Below are positions 1 through 9,369 of a stretch of DNA of 34,597 nt, piece by piece; position 1 is the stretch's first letter, and each line of letters begins with the position of its first letter. A model generated the notes under the pieces. That model saw nothing but the letters and a program-made list of their open reading frames with translations, was not told where the DNA came from and did not search any database. The stretch is from Candidatus Peregrinibacteria bacterium (GTDB taxonomy: Bacteria; Patescibacteriota; Gracilibacteria; UBA1369). Both the position numbers and the translations under genes were made by a program. The stretch spans positions 1 to 34,597 of the forward strand of contig WJJQ01000039.1 of the NCBI GenBank assembly GCA_014729615.1. Direction: 5' to 3'.

Positions 1-522
1 CCAGTTATCTTTTTTTCCATATAAATAAATCAATTTCTTTTGACCCGGTTTGGCTTCACTCGCGCGTGTGAAACCCAAACTTTCCCAAACCGCAGCCGCT
101 TCGTCGTCGCGCGGAGCGTCTTCGTCTCCCGCAAAACAACTCACTACAAGTCTTTCCGGATCAATGCCGAGTCCGCCCTCTTCAACAGGTGTAGTTAAAA
201 ATTCATAACTCATTTTTATGGCTTCCTCTTTAAAGTAATCACCAAGTGACCAGTTACCCAACATTTCAAAAAAAGTACAGTGAGTATCATCACCAACTTC
301 ATCGATGTCATCTGTTCGAACACATTTTTGAAAATCCACAAGTCTTTTACCTCTGGGATGGGGCTCCCCTAAAAGATAAGGTACAAGAGGGTGCATCCCC
401 GCCGTGGTAAAAAGTACCGTTGGATCATTTTCCGGTATTAGTGAGGCACTTCCAATTTGTTGATGATTGTGTTTTTTAACGAAAAAATCTATAAATTTTT
501 GTCTTATGTCATTTGCATTCAT
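1..522 (-). CDS. alaS: Alanine--tRNA ligase, N-terminal 174 codons (partial; continues beyond the left edge)
   Basis: Absent from the ORF track because it runs off the edge. The reverse complement of 1..522 reads from ATG (522..520) as [102 protein letters not shown]..., which matches the AlaRS catalytic-core motifs. It stays in frame to position 1. Confidence 0.85.
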   Translation of the reverse strand, partial: MNANDIRQKFIDFFVKKHNHQQIGSASLIPENDPTVLFTTAGMHPLVPYLLGEPHPRGKRLVDFQKCVRTDDIDEVGDDTHCTFFEMLGNWSLGDYFKEEAIKMSYEFLTTPVEEGGLGIDPERLVVSCFAGDEDAPRDDEAAAVWESLGFTRASEAKPGQKKLIYLYGKKDNW

Positions 523-549
523 TTTTCTAAAGTTAATTTTCAGAAATGC

Positions 550-578
550 ATTGTAGCAGTTCTTGAATTTTATGCCAA
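550..578 (-). promoter_or_regulatory. Candidate sigma70-type promoter for alaS (TTGGCA-17-TACAAT)
   Basis: Minus strand: TTGGCA (578..573), 17-nt spacer, TACAAT (555..550), about 28 nt upstream of the alaS ATG. Confidence 0.5.
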
Positions 579-591
579 TTTTTGCGATACT
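563..591 (+). promoter_or_regulatory. Candidate promoter for the 624..2504 gene (TTGAAT-17-GATACT), overlapping the divergent alaS promoter
   Basis: Plus strand: TTGAAT (563..568), 17-nt spacer, GATACT (586..591). Confidence 0.35.
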
Positions 592-623
592 CAATATACA
601 TTTTTCCCTGTAAATAAATATAA

Positions 624-2504
624 ATGGCAAAGAAAAAGAAAAAGACCGTATCATCCACCAAAAAAAAGCAAACACAAAAAGTGGATGCGGATAAAAAAAC
701 TACTTCCGGTAAAAGTAAAAAAGGCACAAAAAAGTCAGCTGCAAAGCCAAAAACCACGACGAAAAAAAATACTGCCAAGCAAAAAAAAGTAAAAGTTACG
801 GCTCCAAAGCCGGAAGTAAAACAGCCTGAACAAAGGAAAGAGGTTTCAGACGCTAAAACGCAACGCGCAACCGGATTGGTTTTAATAATAGCGGGCGCTT
901 TATTATTGGCTTTTGTCGCGTACAATTTAATCAGTCAATTTTTGGGACCCAAAGACTTAAGCAGAGTACTGCCTGCTTCAAATACCATAGGATACATTGA
1001 GGTACTAACTAATCCCAATAATATACAGGTCAAGCAAAGTGTGGATAACATGCAAAATTATAAGGTGTTAATTGATGAAGTTCTAAAATCATATGAGAAT
1101 CAATATGGTATTGATTTTGACGACGATATTGGCAGTTGGATGGGCAGAAAAGCGGGGCTGGCCATTTTAAGGACAACGGGTGAAGAACCCAAGCTTGAAC
1201 CGATTTTGCTCGCGGAGGTGATTGATAAGGAAAAAGCTGTAAACTTTGTGCAAAAATTAGCTTTGAATTTAAGTGAAAAAGAAGTTGAAACAAAAGAATT
1301 CGGCAATGCGGAAATTTATTCTATTCACTCTGATGATACTTTCCAATTTGCTTTTCAGTATGGATTCATGATTGCGGGAAAAAATAAGTCTGTGGAAAAT
1401 TATATTATTTCAGTTGAAGAAGATTCAAAATTATTAAAACATGATGATGATTTCGCCAAAGTTAATAACAATATCAGCCAGGCGGGTGTTATGCGCGGAT
1501 ACCTCAATATTGAAAAATTACTGGGGGCTTTGGCTGAGGACGATAGCTTTATGGCGACAAGAGGAAGGCAATTAAGCGCATTGGAACCGTTTGTGGGCGT
1601 TTATCAAAGTACGGGCTTTAATCTAGTGGCTGAGAAAGGATCATTTTTGGCTCAGGAATATACAAGCCTGGACAAAGATAAAATGGATGGCAACGCATTT
1701 TTGACGTTTGATCGAAAATATCGTGGTAAATTACTTGGTTTTGCGAACAATGATCCGGTTTTTTACTTTGGAGGACACAATTTGGCCAATGAATATTCAA
1801 GAATGAAAAAAGTTTTCAGCAGTTCGACAAAAACACCCGAAACCTTTTTTCAAAGCCTGATTGATGATCAGGTAAACAAATATCTTGGAGAAAATATTTC
1901 AGTGGAAAAAGACTTGTTAAGACTGTTTCGCGGTGAATATTTGCTAACTGTGGAAAACAATTTTGAAGAACCCATTGTTACATTTATTCTGGAATTGGAA
2001 AATCCTTCAACCGATATCAACGCGTTTGAAGATTTGGTTGCGAAATTTGTTGATGCTAGCGGTTTCTTCTCGCCGGAAATTGTTACATTTGAATTGCCTG
2101 ACGGTACAATTGGAAAAGAAGTGGTGGCGAGCCCTGAGACCATTGAAAAGTCCACAAAAGTTTTTAATCAAAAAGAAATCAACTCATTGAAAATTGGAGA
2201 CACAGGTACGTTCGTTTATTACTCATACATAGATAATGTAGTGGCGGTTTCCAACAGCGAGGAAGCTATTCGCATTGCCATTAACAGAAGCGACAGTAAT
2301 TTTAAAACCGGTTTAACATCCACTAAAAAATATGAAAACGAAATCATACCTTTGATAAAAAATGCGGACCAGGTCTTTCAACTGAAGCCCGGCGCGCTTG
2401 GCACGTACATTGATTTACCTTTAAATCCTATAAACAGTGTGACTGCTTCAAAAAATTATTTTGATGACGGTATTTCAACGATTTATTCGATTGATGTCAT
2501 TTAA
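624..2504 (+). CDS. Membrane-anchored hypothetical protein with a Lys-rich N-terminal tail, one TM helix and a large extracytoplasmic domain (possibly DUF3352-like)
   Basis: 626-aa ORF. The first ~80 aa are K/T/A-rich ([19 protein letters not shown]...). A TM segment [20 protein letters not shown] follows, then ~520 aa of non-repetitive sequence. The DUF3352 assignment is from memory of that family's organisation only. Confidence 0.7.
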   Translation: MAKKKKKTVSSTKKKQTQKVDADKKTTSGKSKKGTKKSAAKPKTTTKKNTAKQKKVKVTAPKPEVKQPEQRKEVSDAKTQRATGLVLIIAGALLLAFVAYNLISQFLGPKDLSRVLPASNTIGYIEVLTNPNNIQVKQSVDNMQNYKVLIDEVLKSYENQYGIDFDDDIGSWMGRKAGLAILRTTGEEPKLEPILLAEVIDKEKAVNFVQKLALNLSEKEVETKEFGNAEIYSIHSDDTFQFAFQYGFMIAGKNKSVENYIISVEEDSKLLKHDDDFAKVNNNISQAGVMRGYLNIEKLLGALAEDDSFMATRGRQLSALEPFVGVYQSTGFNLVAEKGSFLAQEYTSLDKDKMDGNAFLTFDRKYRGKLLGFANNDPVFYFGGHNLANEYSRMKKVFSSSTKTPETFFQSLIDDQVNKYLGENISVEKDLLRLFRGEYLLTVENNFEEPIVTFILELENPSTDINAFEDLVAKFVDASGFFSPEIVTFELPDGTIGKEVVASPETIEKSTKVFNQKEINSLKIGDTGTFVYYSYIDNVVAVSNSEEAIRIAINRSDSNFKTGLTSTKKYENEIIPLIKNADQVFQLKPGALGTYIDLPLNPINSVTASKNYFDDGISTIYSIDVI

Positions 2505-2513
2505 GCAATAAAT

Positions 2514-4697
2514 GTGAAAAAAATTTTTCGCGACATCGAACAAAAAGATGAACAAATAATATCCCTAAAAAAAGACGAAAATAAATCTAAGCCGAAAGGG
2601 GGTCTGGTTTTGGATTGCTCAAAAAAACCTGGCAGAGGCAAAATTGGAAATGAAAAGAGTGCGTCAAAAATTAAGGATATCAGTAATTCAAAAGAAGACG
2701 ACGACGTTCTTTTTTTGCAAATAGGATCCGAAAAACAAAACAAAAATAAGGGCATATACGAGTCTATTAAAATCGCTGCGATTGGAATAGTAATTTTATT
2801 TTTGATAAATATTGTGAATGTTTATAACAACGGCTTAAACCTGGGTAATTCGATAGTAGCTTCCGCAGTGAACGGATATGAAACTTTGTTAAACGCGGGA
2901 GGTCAGGCGGAAGGTTATGATTTTAATGCGGCAGAGGTTACATTCACGAAGGCGAAAAAAAGCTTTGATGAAGCATTGAATAGTTTGTCTTTGCTTTCAA
3001 ATGGCCAGAATAGTTTATATGCGCATGGCATAACTTTTTCAACTGTTGAGTCTATTCTCAACGCGGCAAAAGAAATTTCGAACGCGGGCGAAAATTTCAG
3101 TAGGGGGATAGCCAATTTACAAGTTCTGCCCTCGCTTTTTATAGCTGAAAATATGCCGCAAAAAATTGGACTGAATAATGTGGAACGACCATCTTTAACT
3201 GAAAGAATTAAAGATGATTTTGAATATATTGAGCTGGCGATAAACAATTTGTCGAATGCGGAACTGGAATTGAATAAGGTAAATGATTTTATTTTACCGG
3301 GGCAATTGCGGGAAAAAATGGTATTAGCCAGAGAAAAAATCGAGGAATTAAATGATCTGCTTTTTGAAACCAGGCAAAAATTTCCGGCAGTTCTGGACTT
3401 ATTGGGTGATAGATACCCCCACAGGTATTTGGTGTTATTACAAAATGACACGGAAGCAAGACCAACCGGCGGTTTTATAGGTAGTTATATTATTCTTGAT
3501 ATCAACGACGGATACATTACAAAAATGGATTTCCATGACATTTATGAGTTGGACAATCAATTGAAAGAAAACATAGAACCTCCTCTGGATATATCATTAA
3601 TAACAGACAAATGGAGAATGAGGGACTCGAATTATTCGCCTGACTTCGCGATTTCGGCGGAAAAAAGCGCATGGTTTTTACAAAAGCAGGGTGGTCCGAG
3701 CGTGGATAGTATAATTGCCGTTAATTTAAGTTTTATTACAGATTTGTTGGCTCTTGGTGGACCGATGAAAATTGAAGGGTTGGAAGCGGATTTGACTGCC
3801 GAAAATTTTCAATTGGTTATTTCATACATAGTTGAGTCAAAATTGGAGGGAGATGAAAATCCAAAGCAAGTTCTATCCGATATTATCCCTAATTTTTTCA
3901 ATAGTATTCTTGCTGAAGTGGATTTGGGAGATTTTATGCAGACTACTTTGCAGGGTATTAATCAGAAAAAAGTTATGTTTTATTCCAGAAAAGAGGGTGT
4001 ACAGCAACTTTTCGAGGATCTTGATTTGACGCCTCATGTAAGAAGCTTGAATGAAAAAGAGGATTACTTGAATGTAATTGTTACATCTATTGGAGGGAAT
4101 AAAAGCGATAAGTTCATTAATCAAAATGTTTCTCATAGTACCTTTGTTCAAAAAAACGGGGCCATAATTGATGAAGTTACAATCGAAAGAAAACATAATT
4201 GGACCGAAAAGGATCTTGAAAAATGGCGTGAAATTTTATCTGAATTTGGTTTTAACCTGAACGACGGCACGATTATCGACATTTTGGGGCGGGGAAGAAA
4301 TAAAGCCTTTGTAAAAATATTTGTACCTGCGGGTTCAGAAATAATCGAGGTAAAAGGAATTGAAGAAGACATGGTAATCAGCACGCATGACGAAGAATTG
4401 AATAAGCATTATTTCATGTTTGTAACAGAGGTTGAAAACGGAAAATATGATACGGTGTCAATTAAATATAAATTACCTTTTAAACTTTCAATTAATCCAG
4501 CGGATTCATATAAGCTTTTTGTACAGAAACAGCCCTCGGTTAATGCCACATTTTTTAATAAAACCATGCTTTTCGAGCCGGGACTTGAAGGTTTAAAAAC
4601 CTATCCGGAAATGTTTAGTCCCCATAGCGACCTTAGTCTCAAGTACAGTGCCCCTCTAAAAAGAGATATTTACCTTTCTACTCTTGTGTCCAATTAA
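2514..4697 (+). CDS. DUF4012-domain membrane-anchored protein
   Basis: 727-aa ORF with a GTG start. It has an N-terminal TM helix (IKIAAIGIVILFLINIVNVY) and the block YLVLLQNDTEARPTGGFIGSYIILDINDGYI typical of DUF4012 proteins. Confidence 0.75.
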   Translation: MKKIFRDIEQKDEQIISLKKDENKSKPKGGLVLDCSKKPGRGKIGNEKSASKIKDISNSKEDDDVLFLQIGSEKQNKNKGIYESIKIAAIGIVILFLINIVNVYNNGLNLGNSIVASAVNGYETLLNAGGQAEGYDFNAAEVTFTKAKKSFDEALNSLSLLSNGQNSLYAHGITFSTVESILNAAKEISNAGENFSRGIANLQVLPSLFIAENMPQKIGLNNVERPSLTERIKDDFEYIELAINNLSNAELELNKVNDFILPGQLREKMVLAREKIEELNDLLFETRQKFPAVLDLLGDRYPHRYLVLLQNDTEARPTGGFIGSYIILDINDGYITKMDFHDIYELDNQLKENIEPPLDISLITDKWRMRDSNYSPDFAISAEKSAWFLQKQGGPSVDSIIAVNLSFITDLLALGGPMKIEGLEADLTAENFQLVISYIVESKLEGDENPKQVLSDIIPNFFNSILAEVDLGDFMQTTLQGINQKKVMFYSRKEGVQQLFEDLDLTPHVRSLNEKEDYLNVIVTSIGGNKSDKFINQNVSHSTFVQKNGAIIDEVTIERKHNWTEKDLEKWREILSEFGFNLNDGTIIDILGRGRNKAFVKIFVPAGSEIIEVKGIEEDMVISTHDEELNKHYFMFVTEVENGKYDTVSIKYKLPFKLSINPADSYKLFVQKQPSVNATFFNKTMLFEPGLEGLKTYPEMFSPHSDLSLKYSAPLKRDIYLSTLVSN

Positions 4698-6489
4698 AAT
4701 TCTTTCTTTGGAAATATTTTTCCAGTTGATCAAAAGTGATTTTAAACATTGTTGGCCTTCCATGCGGGCAACTATAAGGTAGTTCCAGTTTAAAAAGATC
4801 TTTAATAAGAGCTTCTTGTTCCGTTCTGCTTATTTTGTCACCAAATTTGATTGCGCTTCTACAGGCCGCGTAGGTTAATGCTTTTTCTTTTCTGCGGGTA
4901 AAATCACCCTTAACGGCATTATCAGCCAGATCGTCCAAAAGACTTATCATTGTTGATTCGACATCTTGTTTTACCATGTAATTTGGAACTGCAAAAATAC
5001 TGAAAGTATTGCCACCAAAATTTTCAATTTCAAAGCCAAGATTAGCTATGAGTTCACTATTTTGCGCTAGTATATTTTGCTGTTCCGGAGACAAGTCAAA
5101 CTGAATCGGCGCAAGCAAAGGCTGTGAAATAATGGCTTTTCGCTCAAATTCATCGACAAGTTTTTTATATTGTATGCGCTCATGTGCGGCATGCTGATCG
5201 ATTATCAACAATTCTTTGCCTTTTTGAACCAGAATATACGAATCATCCATTTGTCCTATTATTGTCACATCGGCATTATCACTGTTCAATTGATAGAATT
5301 CAGCTGTTTTTTCAGGGACTTCATAATCTTTTGATGTAGGTGTATTTTCAATTTCATTATTGTCATTTAAATTTGCCGCAACGGGCTTTGTCATTTCGAT
5401 TGTAAAACTCATTGCCTGATCAACTGTCGCTTTATCTTCAACCTTCAAAGGTTGGTGAGTTCGCGTGGAAGCTGAGTCAATTTGCATTTCCGGCATCAGT
5501 ACATTTTTTTCCAGTGACGCGCTACAGGCATTAATGAATATTTTAAAGATTTCTTTTTCATTTTTGAATCTTACTTCCGTCTTTCGAGGATGAACATTAA
5601 CATCGACCAACTCGGGTGAAATGTTCAAAAACAATACAAATACAGGATGTTTTTCTTTGGGGATTAATGAATAAAAACTTTGCTTAACGGCAAAAGAAAG
5701 TACATGTGATTTTACTTCCCGTCCATTTACAAAAATGCGTTGTCCTTTACGATTTGAGCGCGCGGCAAACGGTTTTCCAACATATCCTTCCAGTTTTATT
5801 TCACTATGACCATAAAAAACGGGAATCAACGAGTCAGCATATTGCCTGCCCAATAAGTCTTTTATTCGGATTAGTTGACTGTTTGTGGCGTTTAAATCAA
5901 AAACGATTTTGTCATCTTTTATCAATTTGAAAGACACGTTTGGATTAGCTAAAGCAATACCTGTTGCGACATCCAATATTTGGCCATATTCGGTGGAGTC
6001 ATTTTTCAAATATTTCTTTCGCGCCGGCACATTAAAAAAAAGCTCGGAAACTTCTATTGAAGTACCCGTTGAACATCCGCAATTTTCAACATTAATATTT
6101 TTTCCATCCTCAATTTTCACCAGAGTACCGGCTATATCTGCAGTTGTTTTAGTGCGCAACTGAACTTTCGATACAGAGGCTATACTTGCAATAGCCTCCC
6201 CTCTAAAACCAAGTGTATGTATATTAAAAAGGTCATCGGTTGTATAAATTTTGCTGGTTGCGTGTCTTTCAAAAGCAAGCTTTGCATCATCCGCAGACAT
6301 TCCATGTCCGTCATCGGTAATTTTAATTTTATCCAGTCCACTATTTGCTATTTCAATTACAATTTTTTTAGCGCCCGCATCCAATGCGTTTTCAACCAAT
6401 TCTTTTACCACCGATGCGGGCCTTTCAACTACCTCGCCGGCAGCAATCTGGTTAATTAAATTTTCCGGTAAAATTTTTATTCTATTCAT
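4678..6489 (-). CDS. mutL: DNA mismatch repair protein MutL
   Basis: N-terminus is IKILPENLINQIAAGEVVERPASVVKELVENALDAGAKKIVIEI (GHKL ATPase). C-terminus has CPHGRPT. It overlaps the mutS stop by 8 nt. Confidence 0.95.
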   Translation of the reverse strand: MNRIKILPENLINQIAAGEVVERPASVVKELVENALDAGAKKIVIEIANSGLDKIKITDDGHGMSADDAKLAFERHATSKIYTTDDLFNIHTLGFRGEAIASIASVSKVQLRTKTTADIAGTLVKIEDGKNINVENCGCSTGTSIEVSELFFNVPARKKYLKNDSTEYGQILDVATGIALANPNVSFKLIKDDKIVFDLNATNSQLIRIKDLLGRQYADSLIPVFYGHSEIKLEGYVGKPFAARSNRKGQRIFVNGREVKSHVLSFAVKQSFYSLIPKEKHPVFVLFLNISPELVDVNVHPRKTEVRFKNEKEIFKIFINACSASLEKNVLMPEMQIDSASTRTHQPLKVEDKATVDQAMSFTIEMTKPVAANLNDNNEIENTPTSKDYEVPEKTAEFYQLNSDNADVTIIGQMDDSYILVQKGKELLIIDQHAAHERIQYKKLVDEFERKAIISQPLLAPIQFDLSPEQQNILAQNSELIANLGFEIENFGGNTFSIFAVPNYMVKQDVESTMISLLDDLADNAVKGDFTRRKEKALTYAACRSAIKFGDKISRTEQEALIKDLFKLELPYSCPHGRPTMFKITFDQLEKYFQRKNFNWTQE

Positions 6490-8983
6490 TTAAATTCAGT
6501 TTAATTTCTTCCAGTTTGTTTAGCGCCTGCAAAGGAGTTAAATTGTTTAAATCCATTGCTTTTAGTTTTGCAACAGCCTCTGCTTCAATCGGATTATGCT
6601 GTCTTTCAAAAATATTAACTTGTTCCTCGGACACTCTTTGACTTAGTTCTTTTTGTATTCCTTTTTCAAGAGTACCAACTTCAAGATCGTGTAGAATTTG
6701 CTTGGCGCGTTCAATGGTCTTACCGGGAAGACCCGCTAGTTTGGCCACTTCAATTCCATAGCTTTTGTCTATTCCTCCTTTCAATAATTTATAAAGAAAA
6801 ATAACACCCTTATCGTTTTCGGTAACGGCCACGGAATAGTTTTCAGCGTTGGATAATTTATCGGCCAATGGAATCAGTTCATGATAATGTGTAGCGAATA
6901 AAGACTTGGCTAAAATATCATCATGAATATATTCCAAAATTGACCAGGCAATACTCATACCGTCATATGTAGACGTGCCGCGCCCGATTTCATCCAAAAT
7001 TATTAAACTGTTTTCAGTGGCGTTTTTTAAAATGTTTGAAGCTTCCTCCATTTCAACCATAAAAGTGCTTTGCCCTTTTACCAAATTATCCGAAGCTCCG
7101 ACTCTGGTGAATATTCTGTCGGCAATACCCAGTTCCGCTGTTTTGGCCGGAACTAAAGATCCAATTTGAGCCATTAATACAATTAAAGCCACTTGTCTCA
7201 AGTATGTAGATTTTCCACCCATATTTGGGCCGGTAATTAATTTTATTCGTTCCTCATTTTGTATTAAAAAAGTGTCATTTGGCACAAAATTTTCCGCGTT
7301 ACTGACTTTTTCAATAACGGGATGGCGACCCTCATATATTATAATATTGTTTCCTTCGGTAATTTCCGGTTTTACATAACCGTTGCTTTTAGCAACATGT
7401 GTGAAACTCATCAATACATCTAAAAGTGCAATGGCTTTTGCGTTTGTTTTAATTAATTCAATATTCTCAAGCACAAAACTTCGTAGTTCATTGAAAATTT
7501 TCTGTTCAAGTGCGATTATTTTTTCTTCGGCATGTAAAACTTTTTCTTCAAATTCTTTTAATTCCGGAGTAATGAATCTTTCCGCATTAACAAGAGTTTG
7601 TTTTCTTATGTAAGTATTGGGAACTTTATCCAGTTGACCTTTTGAAATTTCTATATAGTAACCAAATACTTTATTGTATCTAATTTTCAAATTGTGGATT
7701 CCGGTTAGTTTAGACTCTTCATTTTGCAAATTCTGTATGAAGGTTTTTCCTTCTCTCGCAATTTTTTTAAGCTCATCAAGTTCATTGTTATAACCATCCG
7801 CAACAATGTTTCCATCTGTTAAACTTAATGGTGGATCTTCCACAATCGCATGATCGATAAGGTCAACCAGTGTTTGGCAAGGATCAAGTTCTGCGTGAAT
7901 TTTTTTTATAAGAACGGATTGTAACGTATTCAATAAAATTTTAATTTGCGGGACTTTGAATAGTGAATTTTTCAAGCCGACCAGATCACGTGCGTTACCT
8001 TTGCCCAGGCTTAATTTGCCAAGTAGTCTTTCCAAATCCATTATGCCTTCGAGTTCATCTTTAAGACGGTCAAAACTTTCTTCTTGGACTATTAAGTCTT
8101 GGACTGCGTCATGCCTTGCAACAATTATACTTTTATCTGTTAAAGGATGAGTTATGAAATACCTCATCAAACGACCGCCCATTGAAGTTTTGGTTTTATC
8201 AAGAACCCACAGTAATGACCCTTCTTTTTTGCCTTCTCTTAAGGTTTCCGTTAGCTCAAGATTTTTTAAAGTAGCCTCATCCAAATGCATAATTTTGTTC
8301 ATGTTCAAATTTTTGCATTCGGATAAATGCGCGATATTTTCATTTTTTTGGGTTTCTTTAAGGTATGACGATAATAAATTGATTGCTGTTTTTTCTTCGG
8401 TTTTTAAAGTAAACAAATAAATATGTGGAAAATTATCAGCAATCAAATTTACGAACCCTTCTGCGAATAATTCAGGATCATAAATGATTTCAGATGGATT
8501 AATCCTTTGTATTTCTGCCAGAACAGTGGAAAAATCCGAAAAATTTTCCGCAAAAAATTCACCTGTTAAAATGTCCGCAAATGCAATCTGAAAACCATTT
8601 TCATTAGTAATTGCCATGGCGTAATTATTGCTTTTTTCATCGAGTACTTTTTCGTCTAAAGTTGTACCGGGCGTCACGATTCTCACAACATCGCGCTTAA
8701 CTATTCCCGGTTCGTTTGGATCGGATAATTGTTCGCAAATGGCAACTTTTTTCCCGAGCTTTGTTAATTTGGCAATATATTGTTCAGCCGCATGATAGGG
8801 AACACCGCACATTGGCACACGATTTTCATCTTTACCTCGACCCGTAAGTGTAAGCCCCAGTAATTTTGACGTTTCAATAGCATCTTCAAAGAAAAGTTCA
8901 TAAAAATCTCCCAAGCGAAAAAAAAGAAGACAATCCCGGTATTTTTCTTTCAACTCCAGATACTGTTTCATCATCGGCGTCAT
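6482..8983 (-). CDS. mutS: DNA mismatch repair protein MutS
   Basis: MTPMMKQYLELKEKYRDCLLFFRLGDFYELFFEDA at the N-terminus; Walker A GPNMGGKST; STFMVEMEE and ILDEIGRGTSTYDG motifs. Confidence 0.95.
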   Translation of the reverse strand: MTPMMKQYLELKEKYRDCLLFFRLGDFYELFFEDAIETSKLLGLTLTGRGKDENRVPMCGVPYHAAEQYIAKLTKLGKKVAICEQLSDPNEPGIVKRDVVRIVTPGTTLDEKVLDEKSNNYAMAITNENGFQIAFADILTGEFFAENFSDFSTVLAEIQRINPSEIIYDPELFAEGFVNLIADNFPHIYLFTLKTEEKTAINLLSSYLKETQKNENIAHLSECKNLNMNKIMHLDEATLKNLELTETLREGKKEGSLLWVLDKTKTSMGGRLMRYFITHPLTDKSIIVARHDAVQDLIVQEESFDRLKDELEGIMDLERLLGKLSLGKGNARDLVGLKNSLFKVPQIKILLNTLQSVLIKKIHAELDPCQTLVDLIDHAIVEDPPLSLTDGNIVADGYNNELDELKKIAREGKTFIQNLQNEESKLTGIHNLKIRYNKVFGYYIEISKGQLDKVPNTYIRKQTLVNAERFITPELKEFEEKVLHAEEKIIALEQKIFNELRSFVLENIELIKTNAKAIALLDVLMSFTHVAKSNGYVKPEITEGNNIIIYEGRHPVIEKVSNAENFVPNDTFLIQNEERIKLITGPNMGGKSTYLRQVALIVLMAQIGSLVPAKTAELGIADRIFTRVGASDNLVKGQSTFMVEMEEASNILKNATENSLIILDEIGRGTSTYDGMSIAWSILEYIHDDILAKSLFATHYHELIPLADKLSNAENYSVAVTENDKGVIFLYKLLKGGIDKSYGIEVAKLAGLPGKTIERAKQILHDLEVGTLEKGIQKELSQRVSEEQVNIFERQHNPIEAEAVAKLKAMDLNNLTPLQALNKLEEIKLNLNE

Positions 8984-9307
8984 CTACATATTGATTAAAG
9001 GATAAACATCAATCGCGGGTTCTTCATAAGGATGTGCCTTTGTTACATCTACAATGACTTGTTTATATATTTCTGCGGGGCAGACGGTTTCAATTCTTTC
9101 CTCTATAACTTCTTCTATTTTATTTTGATTGCCGATAAATGGGTTACTGCCTTCCAGAGGTGTAAAACGTCCGGTACCCCGCATAGAAAATGAGCATTCT
9201 GAATAGTTTCCCATTTTTCCCGCGCCCGCTTTAGCCAAAGCATTACGAATAGATTCTGCGAATTCAACAGGTACATAAACAACAATTTTTACATATTTAA
9301 ACTCCAT
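8984..9307 (-). CDS. Small PII/CutA-like alpha-beta protein (stand-alone NIF3-insert / COG3323-like)
   Basis: 107-aa ORF: KIVVYVPVEFAESIRNALAKAGAGKMGNYSECSFSMRGTGRFTPLEGSNPFIGNQNKIEEVIEERIE. Its stop directly abuts the mutS ATG. The family call is from remembered sequence pattern. Confidence 0.5.
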   Translation of the reverse strand: MEFKYVKIVVYVPVEFAESIRNALAKAGAGKMGNYSECSFSMRGTGRFTPLEGSNPFIGNQNKIEEVIEERIETVCPAEIYKQVIVDVTKAHPYEEPAIDVYPLINM

Positions 9308-9331
9308 AATAATATTTAATCAAGCGCATGC

Positions 9332-9360
9332 ATGATAATAATTGATTAATCAAAATTCAA
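9332..9360 (-). promoter_or_regulatory. Candidate internal promoter (TTGAAT-17-TATCAT) ahead of the 8984 gene, mutS and mutL
   Basis: Minus strand: TTGAAT (9360..9355), 17-nt spacer containing the 12-bp palindrome TTGATTAATCAA (9342..9353), TATCAT (9337..9332). Confidence 0.35.
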
Positions 9361-9369
9361 TTATCCTTT

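Noticed and set aside
457-925. Track ORFs 457..792 (+, 111 aa) and 533..925 (-, 130 aa) overlapping the start of the 624..2504 gene
   Set aside because: They are alternative-frame or antisense readings of the A-rich, low-complexity Lys-tail DNA. The 624 frame continues into a long non-repetitive protein, and the first ~65 nt of 457..792 lie inside alaS.
2915-3451. Long antisense ORFs inside conserved genes, for example 2915..3451 (-), 32816..33310 (+), 16179..16529 (+), 23199..23612 (+) and 19267..19569 (+)
   Set aside because: Each lies wholly inside a gene with clear family motifs on the opposite strand. Their sequences are low-complexity or Ser/Phe/Ile-rich, typical of antisense frames in A/T-rich DNA.
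9342-9353. 12-bp perfect palindrome TTGATTAATCAA between the DUF62-like gene and the PII-like gene
   Set aside because: It is entirely A/T-rich in an A/T-rich spacer, so it is plausibly a chance occurrence. I note it only as part of the candidate internal promoter.
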